Notes: generated by a model from the letters alone, not told the origin. A stretch of 64,000 nt of DNA from Candidatus Nomurabacteria bacterium (GCA_029288725.1 JARIGS010000010.1:103883-167882); one strand, 5' to 3'; positions 29,643-40,085 are shown, counted from the stretch's first letter. A program made the numbers and translations.

Positions 29643-30647
29643 TTAGTCCTTCAAAGACAAGTTGAACTGAGCGAGGGCTTCCTTGATTTCAGTAATGCCC
29701 TTGTCGCCAATACCGTCGATTTCAAGCAGGTCGTCAACGCGCTTGCGAGCGATGCCACCAACGGTGCGAATATTAGCTGCTGACAATGCGTTAAGAGTGC
29801 GGGTTGAGAGGCCGATTGCATCGATGCGGTTCTTGAGGACGTCAGTAACGTCTACGGATTCCTCATCACTTGCCATTGTTTCCTCTTCCATTGCCGCTGC
29901 TTCGATCGCAGGAGCCTTGGCAGCAGATGCCGCCTGAACTTCCGCAATGATCTTGCCACTGTCTACAGAGACAATTGCCGCAAGCTGTTCAATCATGGTG
30001 TTTACTGACATTTCAAGTGCTTCGCGAGGAGAAAGTGTACCGTCAGTTTCGATGGTAAGGCGAAGACGGTTGAAGTTAGTCTTGTCTCCCACGCGCATTT
30101 CCTCCACGTCGTAGCTCACGCGACGAATTGGGGAGAAAATAGCATCAAGGAAAATGATACCGATATCAGCCTTTTGCTTGTGATGTGCATCACGAGGAAC
30201 AAACCCAAGACCACGTTCAATGGTCAATTCAACGTTCAAGCCAGACTTACTGGTGATTTCACAAATGTACTGGTCAAGGTTTGAGATAGATACTGCGCCC
30301 TTTGCGTTGATGTCAGCGGCAGTAACGATCTTTGGACCCTTAACTGAAAAGGCAACCTTTACTGGCTCATCGCCAACAAGCTGGAAACGGATATTCTTGA
30401 GGTTGAGCAAGAGCGTAATAACGTCCTCCTTCACGCCTTCAATAGTTGAGAATTCATGGGCAACACCGTCAATCTTCACGGCTGTAATGGCAGCACCAGG
30501 AAGTGATGAGAGGATAATGCGGCGAAGTGAGTTGCCGAGAGTGTAACCGTAGCCTGGTACGAGACCGTCGATTTCAAAGACACCCTTGTTACCGTCCTCT
30601 AGTATTGCCTTTGGTTTTGATGGAAGAATGATTTTTTGTTCGCTCAT
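29643..30647 (-). CDS. rpoA: RNA polymerase alpha subunit
   Basis: GYGYTLGNSLRRIILSSLPGAA, HEFSTIEGVKED, DAIFSPI, alpha-CTD. Confidence 0.98.
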   Translation of the reverse strand: MSEQKIILPSKPKAILEDGNKGVFEIDGLVPGYGYTLGNSLRRIILSSLPGAAITAVKIDGVAHEFSTIEGVKEDVITLLLNLKNIRFQLVGDEPVKVAFSVKGPKIVTAADINAKGAVSISNLDQYICEITSKSGLNVELTIERGLGFVPRDAHHKQKADIGIIFLDAIFSPIRRVSYDVEEMRVGDKTNFNRLRLTIETDGTLSPREALEMSVNTMIEQLAAIVSVDSGKIIAEVQAASAAKAPAIEAAAMEEETMASDEESVDVTDVLKNRIDAIGLSTRTLNALSAANIRTVGGIARKRVDDLLEIDGIGDKGITEIKEALAQFNLSLKD

Positions 30648-30698
30648 ATAGTAAAATATAGTACCATTATTTTGTAATTATTGCAATATTGTGTCCTA

Positions 30699-31307
30699 TT
30701 AACGACTGTAGAACTCAAGAACGGTATCGAGCTGGAGGAACTGTTCCTCATTTTTTGGCTTTGCTACTACTTCAGCCTGAAGTGATTCAGGAGTAAGCTT
30801 AAGCCATTTTGGCCAACTGTAATTTTTTACCTTTGTACTAAAATCAGTGAATACTGGACTCTTACGAGATCCTTCACGCACTGCGACAACGTCACCCACA
30901 TGCACGGTTTGTGATGGGATAGTGGTCTTTTTCCCATTAACCGTAAAGTGGCCATGAGAAACGAGCTGGCGAGCGAAGCGACGAGTGTGAGCAAAGCCGA
31001 GGCGGTAGACCACGTTATCAAGGCGGTTTTCAAGCTGCTCATAGAGCTTGTCAGTTACCGGCATACCCTTAACCTGGTTAGCCTGGATCACGTAGTTTGA
31101 AAGCTGTTTCTCGCTAATACCATACGAAAAGCGCACCTTTTGTTTTTCAATAAGTTGAGTACCGTAGCCTGACAATGCCTTTGGACGCTTGCCCTTCCCT
31201 ACCTTTGATTTCTTGGCTTCAGACAAGAGATACTTTGGAGTCTGGCATTTTTCGAATACTCCAGAACCCAAACGGCGACACATTTTGTATTTTGCTCCTA
31301 ATTTCAT
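30699..31307 (-). CDS. rpsD: 30S ribosomal protein uS4
   Basis: EKQKVRFSYG, LENRLDNVVYRLG, ARQLVSHGH. Confidence 0.98.
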   Translation of the reverse strand: MKLGAKYKMCRRLGSGVFEKCQTPKYLLSEAKKSKVGKGKRPKALSGYGTQLIEKQKVRFSYGISEKQLSNYVIQANQVKGMPVTDKLYEQLENRLDNVVYRLGFAHTRRFARQLVSHGHFTVNGKKTTIPSQTVHVGDVVAVREGSRKSPVFTDFSTKVKNYSWPKWLKLTPESLQAEVVAKPKNEEQFLQLDTVLEFYSR

Positions 31308-31319
31308 ATACGTTAATTA

Positions 31320-31754
31320 TTACACTCTTCGAGGCTTCTTGGCCTTTGGACCATTGTGTGGTACCGGAGTCTTATCCTTAATTGCTAATAGTTCGATGCC
31401 AGGAGCAACGAATGCACGAATCAATGGTTCGCGACCACTTCCCACACCTTTCACCATGACATTCACTTCTTTGATGCCAGCAGTTACCGCCTTTTCAGCA
31501 AGCACTTCACCTACCTTTGAGGCTGCAAACGGAGTACCCTTTTTTGCCCCCTTGAAACCAAGTGATCCTGATGAAGACCAAAAGAGGATATTCCCTTTTA
31601 CGTCACTGACCACTGCCTTGGTGTTATTGAAGGTTGCTTCAATAGCCAATACTGCGGTAGTAAGCTTTTTCTTTGGCGTGCGGCCAACAGCGCGACCGCG
31701 CTTGTCAGCATCCACCAACTGTCCTTCTTGAGTTGCAATTCGTTTCTTTCCCAT
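31320..31754 (-). CDS. rpsK: 30S ribosomal protein uS11
   Basis: ATFNNT, GFKGAKKGTPFAA, TPVPHNG. Confidence 0.97.
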   Translation of the reverse strand: MGKKRIATQEGQLVDADKRGRAVGRTPKKKLTTAVLAIEATFNNTKAVVSDVKGNILFWSSSGSLGFKGAKKGTPFAASKVGEVLAEKAVTAGIKEVNVMVKGVGSGREPLIRAFVAPGIELLAIKDKTPVPHNGPKAKKPRRV

Positions 31755-31759
31755 ACTAT

Positions 31760-32140
31760 TTATGTCTTACTTTCCTTACGGCGACCACTTCCCATAGTGT
31801 TACGAACATTTCCACGAACTGTTCGAGAATTAGTTTTGGTACGCTGGCCATTGACTGGTAATTTGCGCATGTGACGCACGCCACGGTACGCCTTGATATC
31901 TTTCAAACGCTTGATGTTTGCAGAAATTTCACGCTTGAGGTTTCCTTCGATATTGCGGTCCTCGATGTTCTTACGAATAACGTTTTCCTGCTCAACGGTC
32001 AGGTCAGTAGGCTTGGTTTCTGGTGCAACACCAGCATCAAGCAATACTTTGTTTGCTGTGGCGCGACCGATACCGTAAAGGGTGGTGAGCCCAATATCAA
32101 GTCGCTTTTCGTTTGGAATGGTAATACCTAAAATACGCAT
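31760..32140 (-). CDS. rpsM: 30S ribosomal protein uS13
   Basis: LYGIG, YRGVRH..LPVNGQRTKTNSRT. Confidence 0.97.
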   Translation of the reverse strand: MRILGITIPNEKRLDIGLTTLYGIGRATANKVLLDAGVAPETKPTDLTVEQENVIRKNIEDRNIEGNLKREISANIKRLKDIKAYRGVRHMRKLPVNGQRTKTNSRTVRGNVRNTMGSGRRKESKT

Positions 32141-32151
32141 ATATCTGAGTT

Positions 32152-32262
32152 TTATTGTTTCTGCTTATGCTTAGGATTGTCACAAATCACCAACAAATGG
32201 CGATTGCGCTTCACAATCTTACACTTATCGCACATCTTTTTGACTGTTGACTTTATCTTCAT
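32152..32262 (-). CDS. rpmJ: 50S ribosomal protein bL36 (zinc-binding type; not in ORF track)
   Basis: Manual translation [36 protein letters not shown]; between infA and rpsM. Confidence 0.95.
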   Translation of the reverse strand: MKIKSTVKKMCDKCKIVKRNRHLLVICDNPKHKQKQ

Positions 32263-32293
32263 AAAAATATTAAGCGGGAGTAGTATATACTAT

Positions 32294-32512
32294 TTACATT
32301 CTTCTGACAATACGTCCTTTTCCCCCATATGGATCAAGCAATACTTCTACAGTATCGCCAACCAATACCTTGATACGGTGCAAGCGCATTTTGCCGGCAA
32401 GGTATGCTACTAAGGTTTCTCCGGAGTTTCCTTCAACAAGCTCCACCCGAAACATGGTGTTTGGAAGAGCCTCCTGAACTATTGCTTTGACGGGGTTTTC
32501 TTGCATTGCCAT
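32294..32512 (-). CDS. infA: Translation initiation factor IF-1
   Basis: EALPNTMFRV, AYLAGKMR..IKVLVGD. Confidence 0.96.
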   Translation of the reverse strand: MAMQENPVKAIVQEALPNTMFRVELVEGNSGETLVAYLAGKMRLHRIKVLVGDTVEVLLDPYGGKGRIVRRM

Positions 32513-32556
32513 TGACAGGTGACACTATACTAAATTCCCTGATTTTGGTCAAGCAT

Positions 32557-33843
32557 TTACTGGATTTTTATCTTGATACGACTTGGTTTGTAGGGAAAAT
32601 ACGGTGCCCAAAACGGATAGAGGCTGTAAGTGGCAGTATCGATTTCCGGAATTGATAACAATGCGGCATTAAATGTCCCCCTTGGAATGCCCAATACGGC
32701 CTGCTGGATAACGGGAACTGCTGCCTGGGTAATGATTGTCCCCTGTCCTGACACGGCAATGGTGATAGAGTCAGGAATGTGGGCTGGATCGGTCGGTAAA
32801 GGAGTAACGGAACGTACCGTTACCGCTCCTAGGTCCGGAATAGTGACTGAGGGATAGACGTGGTCGGCAATGGCCTTACTGGCAATAGCCTGCTCAAAAA
32901 GATCGCGAGGAATAAGGTATGACACCATCGTGCCCTGCAAACTTGCCGGAAACTGAATATCCGAACCCTGGGCTACTAGACTGGTAGTATCGATGGTCGT
33001 AAATTGCAAATCAGGAAAAGTGATGAGATCGTCAGGAATCTGAGACCGGGTCTCACGACTGAGCTTTTCGGTCAGAGCGGCCTGAAGGGTGGTAAGAGCC
33101 TGTTGCCTGTCGGTCGGAGACAGGGTGTGCATTGCCCCGTTTTGACCACCGGAAATCAGACCGGAACTGCCAAAAAACAGCTTGGCATTGGCACCGCTCC
33201 ACCCCGCTACGGTAAAGGTCGTACCGTTGGTGTTGTAGGCAGGCCCAATTCCAGCCGCAACAATGGCAACACTGGCGCTGCCGGCTGTTTTTGTAGTGCC
33301 GGTACCGGTATAGCCCGGTACGCTTACGGTCGCTTGGGTAAGATATTTCTGACCATTTGCGCCAGTCAATGTCGTGCCGCTTCTTACTGTTTGGGCCGTC
33401 TTGCTGTATTGATTGAAAAGTACAGCCTTGCCCGATGCCTTGGTGGTGCTGGTAGTCATGGCAGAACCAAAGACCTGACGAGTGACGGTGTCGGTCACGA
33501 CCATCGTTTGGAATGACAGGCGGCCAGGACCGGTAGTAGTTTCGTTTGCGACATCAAGCTCAGTATCCTGTAATGAGAAAGGAATGTGCCGCTGGTTTAC
33601 CGTTACCGTTGCATGCACAAAGACCGTTCCGACAATATAGAGCAGTGCAATAAATAACAACGCGCCCCCGATCACGATAATCTTGCGCCAGTTCGATGTT
33701 GGTTCCCCTTCGTATTCCTCCCGATAGACTGGTTTTTTGACCTTTACCGGTGGCTCCGGTGTTTCTGGCGGCAATGGATCAAGGTCGGGCAATCCCTTTT
33801 CCTTATAATCCTTGCGGATCACGTCATACAATTTCATGGCCAT
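32557..33843 (-). CDS. Single-TM protein with baseplate-J-like beta-rich region
   Basis: Pro/charged N-tail, one TM, KASGKAVLFN...GTTL...VPG...GPAYN...ISGG pattern. Confidence 0.55.
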   Translation of the reverse strand: MAMKLYDVIRKDYKEKGLPDLDPLPPETPEPPVKVKKPVYREEYEGEPTSNWRKIIVIGGALLFIALLYIVGTVFVHATVTVNQRHIPFSLQDTELDVANETTTGPGRLSFQTMVVTDTVTRQVFGSAMTTSTTKASGKAVLFNQYSKTAQTVRSGTTLTGANGQKYLTQATVSVPGYTGTGTTKTAGSASVAIVAAGIGPAYNTNGTTFTVAGWSGANAKLFFGSSGLISGGQNGAMHTLSPTDRQQALTTLQAALTEKLSRETRSQIPDDLITFPDLQFTTIDTTSLVAQGSDIQFPASLQGTMVSYLIPRDLFEQAIASKAIADHVYPSVTIPDLGAVTVRSVTPLPTDPAHIPDSITIAVSGQGTIITQAAVPVIQQAVLGIPRGTFNAALLSIPEIDTATYSLYPFWAPYFPYKPSRIKIKIQ

Positions 33844-33844
33844 A

Positions 33845-34999
33845 TTACACTCGTTCGCTACACAGGGCTGCTAATGCCAGAGCGGCGTCAGGGGCTTCCG
33901 CTCCACGGGTCTTTACGCCAGCAGCAAGATGCAGGTCATCGGCCACAAACGCACGGACATGACCGCCAGCGGTACCGTGACGAAGAAACGGATCAGCGAT
34001 AAGGGCATCGGCAATCACCGTCGTAAAGCGACTGTCAGCGCAGATATAGTATGTTGCAGGAAGGTGAAAGCCCTGTTGTCCTTGCTCAACAACTGCAGTC
34101 AGTCCGCTCATCCAGTGCGTGATGAATTCCTGAAAGGCTTTCTCAACGGTTTTCATCGGTGAAGCCGAAAGTTTTTTCAAGCGATATCCTTCGATGAGAG
34201 CACGCGCCTCGATACTGTTTCTTTTGGCTGTCGTTAACAAGCGGTACAGTTCATAGGTACCAAGTGGAAATGAGTGCTGAGAGATGAAGACACCGTGCTT
34301 TACAAATGCGACATCGGTTACTTCTTCACCGAGATCAATGATGACACTGGCCTCCTCTATGCCACCGTTATCGCGTAGCGCTACAAAGGCAGCGTGAACA
34401 CCGGTCGTAACATGGATCGGACGGTCGCCATAACTGCGGCGAAGAATGCTATTAAAACGCTCAATGACAATGAGTGGTACAAGGGTGACTGTCAGGGTCA
34501 ATTCCAGGGACTGGACCTTTTTACCGTAAGGATTGGAGGTTTCGTACCCATTGAGGGTACAACGGGCAATATGCTGCTCAGCTACCTTTGATTCACTGCC
34601 AAAGGTATTGCCTGTTGCACTGTATTCCTTCAGTAGGGCCGCAATGTCCTTTTCAACCAAGGAATTAACCAGACGCTTGGTGCAACTAAAGGCCGTGCTT
34701 TTGCTGTATGTAATAGTACGCGTTACGGCCGTATACCACGGCGAGGAAAGCGTAACCTGAATGTAGTCCGGATGATGGACATCGCCGGTGCGAACGTGAT
34801 CAATGACTGTTTCCAAGGTGCGGGCCGTATCATTAACGAATCGTTCAATGTCCAACTCCTCCTCAAATCCACTGTCTCGACGATCCTGCACGAGCAACGT
34901 CACGTTGGTATGATTACTTCCCTGTTCAATCAATGCATGCGCACCGCCAACACTACTTGAACTAATATCAAAGACAGCAATCGCTTTGCTTGTACTCAT
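33845..34999 (-). CDS. Divergent FtsA/actin-like (ASKHA) protein
   Basis: FDISSSSVG and IIDLGEEVTDV motifs, LNGY, SFPLG; extended -10 6 nt before ATG. Confidence 0.6.
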   Translation of the reverse strand: MSTSKAIAVFDISSSSVGGAHALIEQGSNHTNVTLLVQDRRDSGFEEELDIERFVNDTARTLETVIDHVRTGDVHHPDYIQVTLSSPWYTAVTRTITYSKSTAFSCTKRLVNSLVEKDIAALLKEYSATGNTFGSESKVAEQHIARCTLNGYETSNPYGKKVQSLELTLTVTLVPLIVIERFNSILRRSYGDRPIHVTTGVHAAFVALRDNGGIEEASVIIDLGEEVTDVAFVKHGVFISQHSFPLGTYELYRLLTTAKRNSIEARALIEGYRLKKLSASPMKTVEKAFQEFITHWMSGLTAVVEQGQQGFHLPATYYICADSRFTTVIADALIADPFLRHGTAGGHVRAFVADDLHLAAGVKTRGAEAPDAALALAALCSERV

Positions 35000-35027
35000 G
35001 CACCTAGTATAGCAGTAAAAATTATTT

Positions 35028-36767
35028 TTATGCGAGAGTTGCCTTGATGCGGCGGATGCCGGCAGCAACGGCTTCTTCCTTTTGGATCTTGAAGGTACCA
35101 AGCTCGGCGGTATGTTCAACGTGCGGACCGCCACAAAATTCTTTTGAAATGGCTTCACCTTGATCGTTTTCGATAACATACACAGAAACGACATCCGGAT
35201 ACTTTGCACCAAATTCCATTTCGGCACCCAACTGTTCTGCTTCGATACGAGGCATTTCCCGGCGGCAGACCTTGTGGTCAGTGGTAATCCAGCTATTCAC
35301 CAATCGTTCTACTTCTGTTTTCTCCTCATCAGTCATTTTGCGATCAAAGCTGAAGTCGATGCGAAGACGCTCCTCAGTGATATTGCTTCCCCGCTGATGG
35401 ACTTCTGGACCAAGGACCTTTTGCAAGGCTGCAAGCAATAAGTGATGCGCGGTGTGCAAGCGAGTGGTCTTTTCACTCGTATCAGCCAACCCCCCTTTGA
35501 ACTTCTGCTCCGCTCCCTTGCGAGAGAGTTCCTGATGGGCCTTCATCTGCTCATCAAACATCTTTCTATTTACGAGAATACCCCGTTCCAATCCTAATTC
35601 TTCCGTTATTTCAATTGGAAATCCGTACGTGGTAGCGAGTGTAAATGGATCTATGCCTTTTTCAAACTCCTTCAATCCGGCAATAAGGGTCTTTTCAAAT
35701 TTTTCCTCCTCTACCTTCATCACCATGCGCAGACCTTCTTGCGCTACTTCCGGATAGACATCGCCATAGAAGGCAATATAGTGATCGATAATCTGTGAGG
35801 CAATGATAGGATCAGCCTGAAGGAATTTCAATTTCAATACCGCGCGGCGAATAATGCGACGAAGGATGTATCCCTGATCCTTGTTGGATGGCAACACGCC
35901 GTCAGCAGTCAAGAAAAGCGCGGTACGCAAATGGTCTGCCACAATGCGCGCGTCTCGTTCGGTATAGTTCTGACTGTGCTGGCGCAACAGTGCCATCACC
36001 GGTGCGAACATATCGGCTTCATAGACATTGGTCTTGCCCTGGGCAAGCATGCTGACGCGCTCCAAGCCACTGCCGGTATCAACATTTTTCTGCGCTAGCT
36101 TGCCAATCACTGCACCGTCACGCTTTTCATACTGCATGAAGACGTCATTCCAAATTTCAACGACGGTACCGATGTCATCAGCAGCAACATACTGCTCATG
36201 GGTCAGGTCACCCAAGCCCTGTGGCGTGACATCATAAAACATTTCTGTATCAGGACCGCACGGACCATTATCTCCCGGACTCCACCAGTTGTTTTTTGCC
36301 GGAAGGAAGTAAATACGGTTCTCAGGAACGTACTGCTTCCATATTTCTACAGCCTCCATATCTCGAGGTGCATTGTCGTCACCTTCAAATACGGTGATAT
36401 AGAGACGCTTTGGATCAAGCCCCAGCCCCTCTTCCTTGGAAGTCAAAAACTCAAAACTCCATTTGATTGCGTCTTCCTTGAAATAATCTCCCAATGACCA
36501 ATTTCCGAGCATTTCAAAAAAGGTTAGGTTCTTGTGATTGCCCACTTCTTCAATGTCACCAGTACGAACGCATTTCTGCGCACTGACCAGGCGAGTCCCT
36601 AGCGGATGCGGTTGCCCCATCAGATACGGCACCAACGGCTGCATGCCGGCAGTATTGAACAATACCGACGGGTCATTCTTCGGCACCAATGATGCCGAAG
36701 GCAGCACCGCATGCCCGCGCTTGGCAAAAAAATCAATAAATCGCTGTCTGATCTCGGAGGAAGTCAT
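35028..36767 (-). CDS. alaS: Alanine-tRNA ligase (short, lacking C-Ala)
   Basis: AGMQPL, TFFEMLGNWS, GPCGPDTE, HTAHHLL, EFCGGPHV, GIRRI. Confidence 0.96.
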   Translation of the reverse strand: MTSSEIRQRFIDFFAKRGHAVLPSASLVPKNDPSVLFNTAGMQPLVPYLMGQPHPLGTRLVSAQKCVRTGDIEEVGNHKNLTFFEMLGNWSLGDYFKEDAIKWSFEFLTSKEEGLGLDPKRLYITVFEGDDNAPRDMEAVEIWKQYVPENRIYFLPAKNNWWSPGDNGPCGPDTEMFYDVTPQGLGDLTHEQYVAADDIGTVVEIWNDVFMQYEKRDGAVIGKLAQKNVDTGSGLERVSMLAQGKTNVYEADMFAPVMALLRQHSQNYTERDARIVADHLRTALFLTADGVLPSNKDQGYILRRIIRRAVLKLKFLQADPIIASQIIDHYIAFYGDVYPEVAQEGLRMVMKVEEEKFEKTLIAGLKEFEKGIDPFTLATTYGFPIEITEELGLERGILVNRKMFDEQMKAHQELSRKGAEQKFKGGLADTSEKTTRLHTAHHLLLAALQKVLGPEVHQRGSNITEERLRIDFSFDRKMTDEEKTEVERLVNSWITTDHKVCRREMPRIEAEQLGAEMEFGAKYPDVVSVYVIENDQGEAISKEFCGGPHVEHTAELGTFKIQKEEAVAAGIRRIKATLA

Positions 36768-36776
36768 GCCTATAAA

Positions 36777-38564
36777 CTATATCTTTTTGTACTTTTTGGC
36801 TAGTTTTTCCAATTTATTGATATCAGCCTCAATTCCCTTCAAGCCGGCTTCAAAGAATGCCTCATTGGTAGTGATGCCAATTGATTTGAAGATGTCCTTT
36901 GGAGACATTGAACGGCCAGCAGAAAGAAATTGTCTGATTTTTGCCGCATAAGAATGATCGGCTTTCCAATTTTCGTACAATGCTCGACTGACAAGTTGTC
37001 CATAAGCATATGAATAGACATAGAAAAATCTTCGAATGTGAGACCATCCAACGAAAAAGTATCCGTCTTGTTCAGTGACAGTGACAGATTTGCCAAGATA
37101 CTGTTGCATATGCTTTTGAAGAAGTGTTGCGATTCCTTTTCTATCTAATTCTCCTTTGCTTCGAATTTCATTATGAAGCTCTAATTCAAAATTAAAACAT
37201 GCAATCTGGCGAAATATCGTGCTGATATCTCCCATAATTTTATTATGAAGCATGATAATTTTTTCCTCATCGTTAAGAGTTTTTTCTATTTCATCTCCAA
37301 CCAATTGCTCAAAGAACGTACTCGCAACTTCGGCTGTAGCCGTTGAATAGCGTCGGTATCGTGGAGGTTGTTTCTTACTAAATTCACTGTGGATAGCGTG
37401 ACCCATTTCATGAGCAAGCGTTTCAACGGAGCGAACATCGTCCGTATGGTTAAGCAATACCACTGTCGGCAGGGTACCTGACCCCCAACAATATGCCCCG
37501 CCCTTTTTGCCCTTTTTAGGATATACATCGATCTGACCATTCGCTAAAAATGAATCGACGATACCGGCATATTCTGGATCAACCTGGGAAAAAGCGTTTT
37601 TTACAATGGTAACAGCCGAATCAAAATCAAATTTCTTATTGATTGAACCAATTTTTACGTTGCGATCAGCATAGGTAATTCCTTTCTTTTCTCCCAATAG
37701 CTTTCCATGAAGCACATAAAACCGGCTACTGAGAGTAAAGTATTTGGTTACAAGCGCGACAAGTCCCTCAATTGTCTTTTCATCATTTTCATAACCCAGG
37801 ATAGTCGCACTGTACGGTTTTTTATATCCGCGCTGCTCATCCATAATTTTCTTAAAATTATATACAGCATTTATTTCTGCTTCTGCAAACGGGCTATTTT
37901 TTTCAAGTTGAGCATTTATCTTTTCGCCCAATTCTTTTCGCTCCGCCTTCGGAAGATCACTGAGCATAGACATTGCCTTGGCAATTGGTACTTCCTCCTT
38001 CTTAAAGGAGACTGTCTGCTGGGCTAATACGCGCTGTTGTCCATCTACCCACATGCCGTAGCTTGTTTGTGACAGCAAATCAATAATCTGTTCTTCTTTT
38101 TCAGAAAGATTATATTGTGCATGATTAAAAATTCTTTCAAGTAAATATCGAAAAGGCGCCAACGAAGCATCTTCTAAAAATTCCTTCTGCTTTCTCTTTT
38201 CAATTTTTGCAATTTCCAAAGTAAAAAATGTTATCTTGTTAGACGCAACACTAAGTCTTTGTTCGATGCGCGTTGCGGCTGCGCCTGCCACGCTATCACC
38301 ACTGTTGAGGTCACTGCGTAATGCGAAATACCTCCATGGATCCTTTGAGGCCATTTTTTCCTCAAGTGCTTCTGACTCTTCGAGCGCAACAAGCAATTTT
38401 TTTGGTGTACTTATAAAATCCTTGCCTTTATATTTTTTCTCAAAAGCCGCGTACGCTGCCTCAATAGACGCAACATCCTTTTCTATTTGTGGATCTTTGT
38501 CATTCTTGTAGAGCGATGACAAATCCCATTCTGTCTTTATTTTTTTAGTGGTATCTTTTTTCAT
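36777..38564 (-). CDS. pepF: M3B oligoendopeptidase F
   Basis: WDLSSLY, GKKGGAYC, HEMGH, AEVAS, FYVYSYA. Confidence 0.9.
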   Translation of the reverse strand: MKKDTTKKIKTEWDLSSLYKNDKDPQIEKDVASIEAAYAAFEKKYKGKDFISTPKKLLVALEESEALEEKMASKDPWRYFALRSDLNSGDSVAGAAATRIEQRLSVASNKITFFTLEIAKIEKRKQKEFLEDASLAPFRYLLERIFNHAQYNLSEKEEQIIDLLSQTSYGMWVDGQQRVLAQQTVSFKKEEVPIAKAMSMLSDLPKAERKELGEKINAQLEKNSPFAEAEINAVYNFKKIMDEQRGYKKPYSATILGYENDEKTIEGLVALVTKYFTLSSRFYVLHGKLLGEKKGITYADRNVKIGSINKKFDFDSAVTIVKNAFSQVDPEYAGIVDSFLANGQIDVYPKKGKKGGAYCWGSGTLPTVVLLNHTDDVRSVETLAHEMGHAIHSEFSKKQPPRYRRYSTATAEVASTFFEQLVGDEIEKTLNDEEKIIMLHNKIMGDISTIFRQIACFNFELELHNEIRSKGELDRKGIATLLQKHMQQYLGKSVTVTEQDGYFFVGWSHIRRFFYVYSYAYGQLVSRALYENWKADHSYAAKIRQFLSAGRSMSPKDIFKSIGITTNEAFFEAGLKGIEADINKLEKLAKKYKKI

Positions 38565-38577
38565 ATGTATATGTCTA

Positions 38578-39054
38578 TTACATCTCCGGTTCCAGCGGTA
38601 CGGTATGGTCTTCTTTCATAATCTTGAGCTTGTTGATCTGCTTTTCGACGAACCAGAGCACGATGAAGGCAAAAAGCGCGAGCATCGTTACCATCATTGC
38701 AAGTTGGTAGAAACCAAAGCCGCAGGCCATGCCGATACCGGTCGCAACCCAGAGGCCAGTGGCAGTGGTAATGCCGATAACCTTCATGTCACTGCGAATG
38801 ATGGAGCCAACGCCGAGGAAGCCAGCCGCAGAGACAATCGCTGCCACGAGATGGAAATCATACCCTGATACGCCATACTCAGCGCTGACCAATTGGGAAA
38901 TAATGACAAACATTGCCGCTCCCAAAGAGACAAGCGTATAGGTGCGCATGCCGGCAGTCTTGTGGGCGACAAAGCGCTCGACACCAAGGACCATGCCGAG
39001 CATCATTGCCATGAATAATTTCACATAAATAACGTTCGTCAAAATTGCAGTCAT
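38578..39054 (-). CDS. MgtC/SapB family protein
   Basis: GVER...AGMRT..LV, GFLGVG, GITTATGLW..GIGMACG. Confidence 0.9.
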   Translation of the reverse strand: MTAILTNVIYVKLFMAMMLGMVLGVERFVAHKTAGMRTYTLVSLGAAMFVIISQLVSAEYGVSGYDFHLVAAIVSAAGFLGVGSIIRSDMKVIGITTATGLWVATGIGMACGFGFYQLAMMVTMLALFAFIVLWFVEKQINKLKIMKEDHTVPLEPEM

Positions 39055-39139
39055 GCAGACAGTATAGCGCAGAACCAGGCAAACAAAAAAGCATGCCGAA
39101 CTTCTGTTCTGCATGCTTATATTTGTAATTTTAACGGGT

Positions 39140-39436
39140 TTACAATCCCGAAACTTTCTTGGTGATCTTGGTTGTATCCTGGATCAATTTCAGACGGCCA
39201 ACGCCTTCAAATGTGTAATAGACGGTAGTACGAACGTTTGCGTGTTTAACCGTATCATATACGGCAAGTAAGGTACGGTAGGCATTTTTTTCTTCATACA
39301 ATCCCACCTGGAACAAGGGGATTTGGGATGATTGTGAAAATTTCGGACACTGCGAGCCGTTATAGCGACTGATGCCACAACTCGACATTGATACGATAGC
39401 CAGGATGGCTCCTCCTAATGCAAATGCTTTTTTCAT
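39140..39436 (-). CDS. Putative lipoprotein (orphan)
   Basis: MKK-hydrophobic-MSSC signal; TTGACT-17-TTTAAT promoter; downstream hairpin 39085-39118. Confidence 0.6.
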   Translation of the reverse strand: MKKAFALGGAILAIVSMSSCGISRYNGSQCPKFSQSSQIPLFQVGLYEEKNAYRTLLAVYDTVKHANVRTTVYYTFEGVGRLKLIQDTTKITKKVSGL

Positions 39437-39566
39437 TATGTTATTTTTAATTGTTTTCTATATTAAATCATATTTTTATATAAAAGTCAATATGCTTCTA
39501 TAGAAAACAAAAAAGCGCCCTTATATTTCTATAAGAAAGCGCTTCAATTAAGGGGTGAAAAATATC

Positions 39567-40085
39567 TTAATGTCCGTGCAATCCCCATGTAATTGCACCC
39601 ATAGTGCTAGTACGTGGAGTTGGCGGATAGCCATTATTTCCTACATACGGATTATATGGTTCGACATTATAGCCTCTCCGATAGTTCCCGCCACCAGATA
39701 TGCTCAACCGAACTAATCGTTCCAGGTCTCTTAACAGGGGCGCTTCGGGATAGTATCGGACATATTGATTGTTACAATAATAGTAATAATCAAAACGGTC
39801 GTAATAAGTATTACGTACGCAATACACCGGATAATGATAGCCATCGATGTGATAGCAATAATCATCAGGAAGCAATAACGCCTCAACAGCAATGTCTCCA
39901 ACCATTATCGCAACTCTACTAAGCACATTGCTATGCCTAGTGGTAGCCGGTTGAGCTTCGCGATTGTCAACATACTGAGTCGTAGGTTGAGCTTCTTTTC
40001 GAATGTCACCGTAATAAGCCGGAGTTTGACAACTTGCCATAGCCATAACAATAGCCAGGACACATAAAATCATTGATAATTTCAT
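39567..40085 (-). CDS. Putative lipoprotein, Tyr-rich (orphan)
   Basis: MK-hydrophobic-MASC signal; TTGACT-17-TATAGT promoter. Confidence 0.6.
   Translation of the reverse strand: MKLSMILCVLAIVMAMASCQTPAYYGDIRKEAQPTTQYVDNREAQPATTRHSNVLSRVAIMVGDIAVEALLLPDDYCYHIDGYHYPVYCVRNTYYDRFDYYYYCNNQYVRYYPEAPLLRDLERLVRLSISGGGNYRRGYNVEPYNPYVGNNGYPPTPRTSTMGAITWGLHGH

Noticed and set aside
32557-33843. Prophage or contractile-tail remnant
   Set aside because: No other phage structural genes; the protein has a TM anchor and core-like composition
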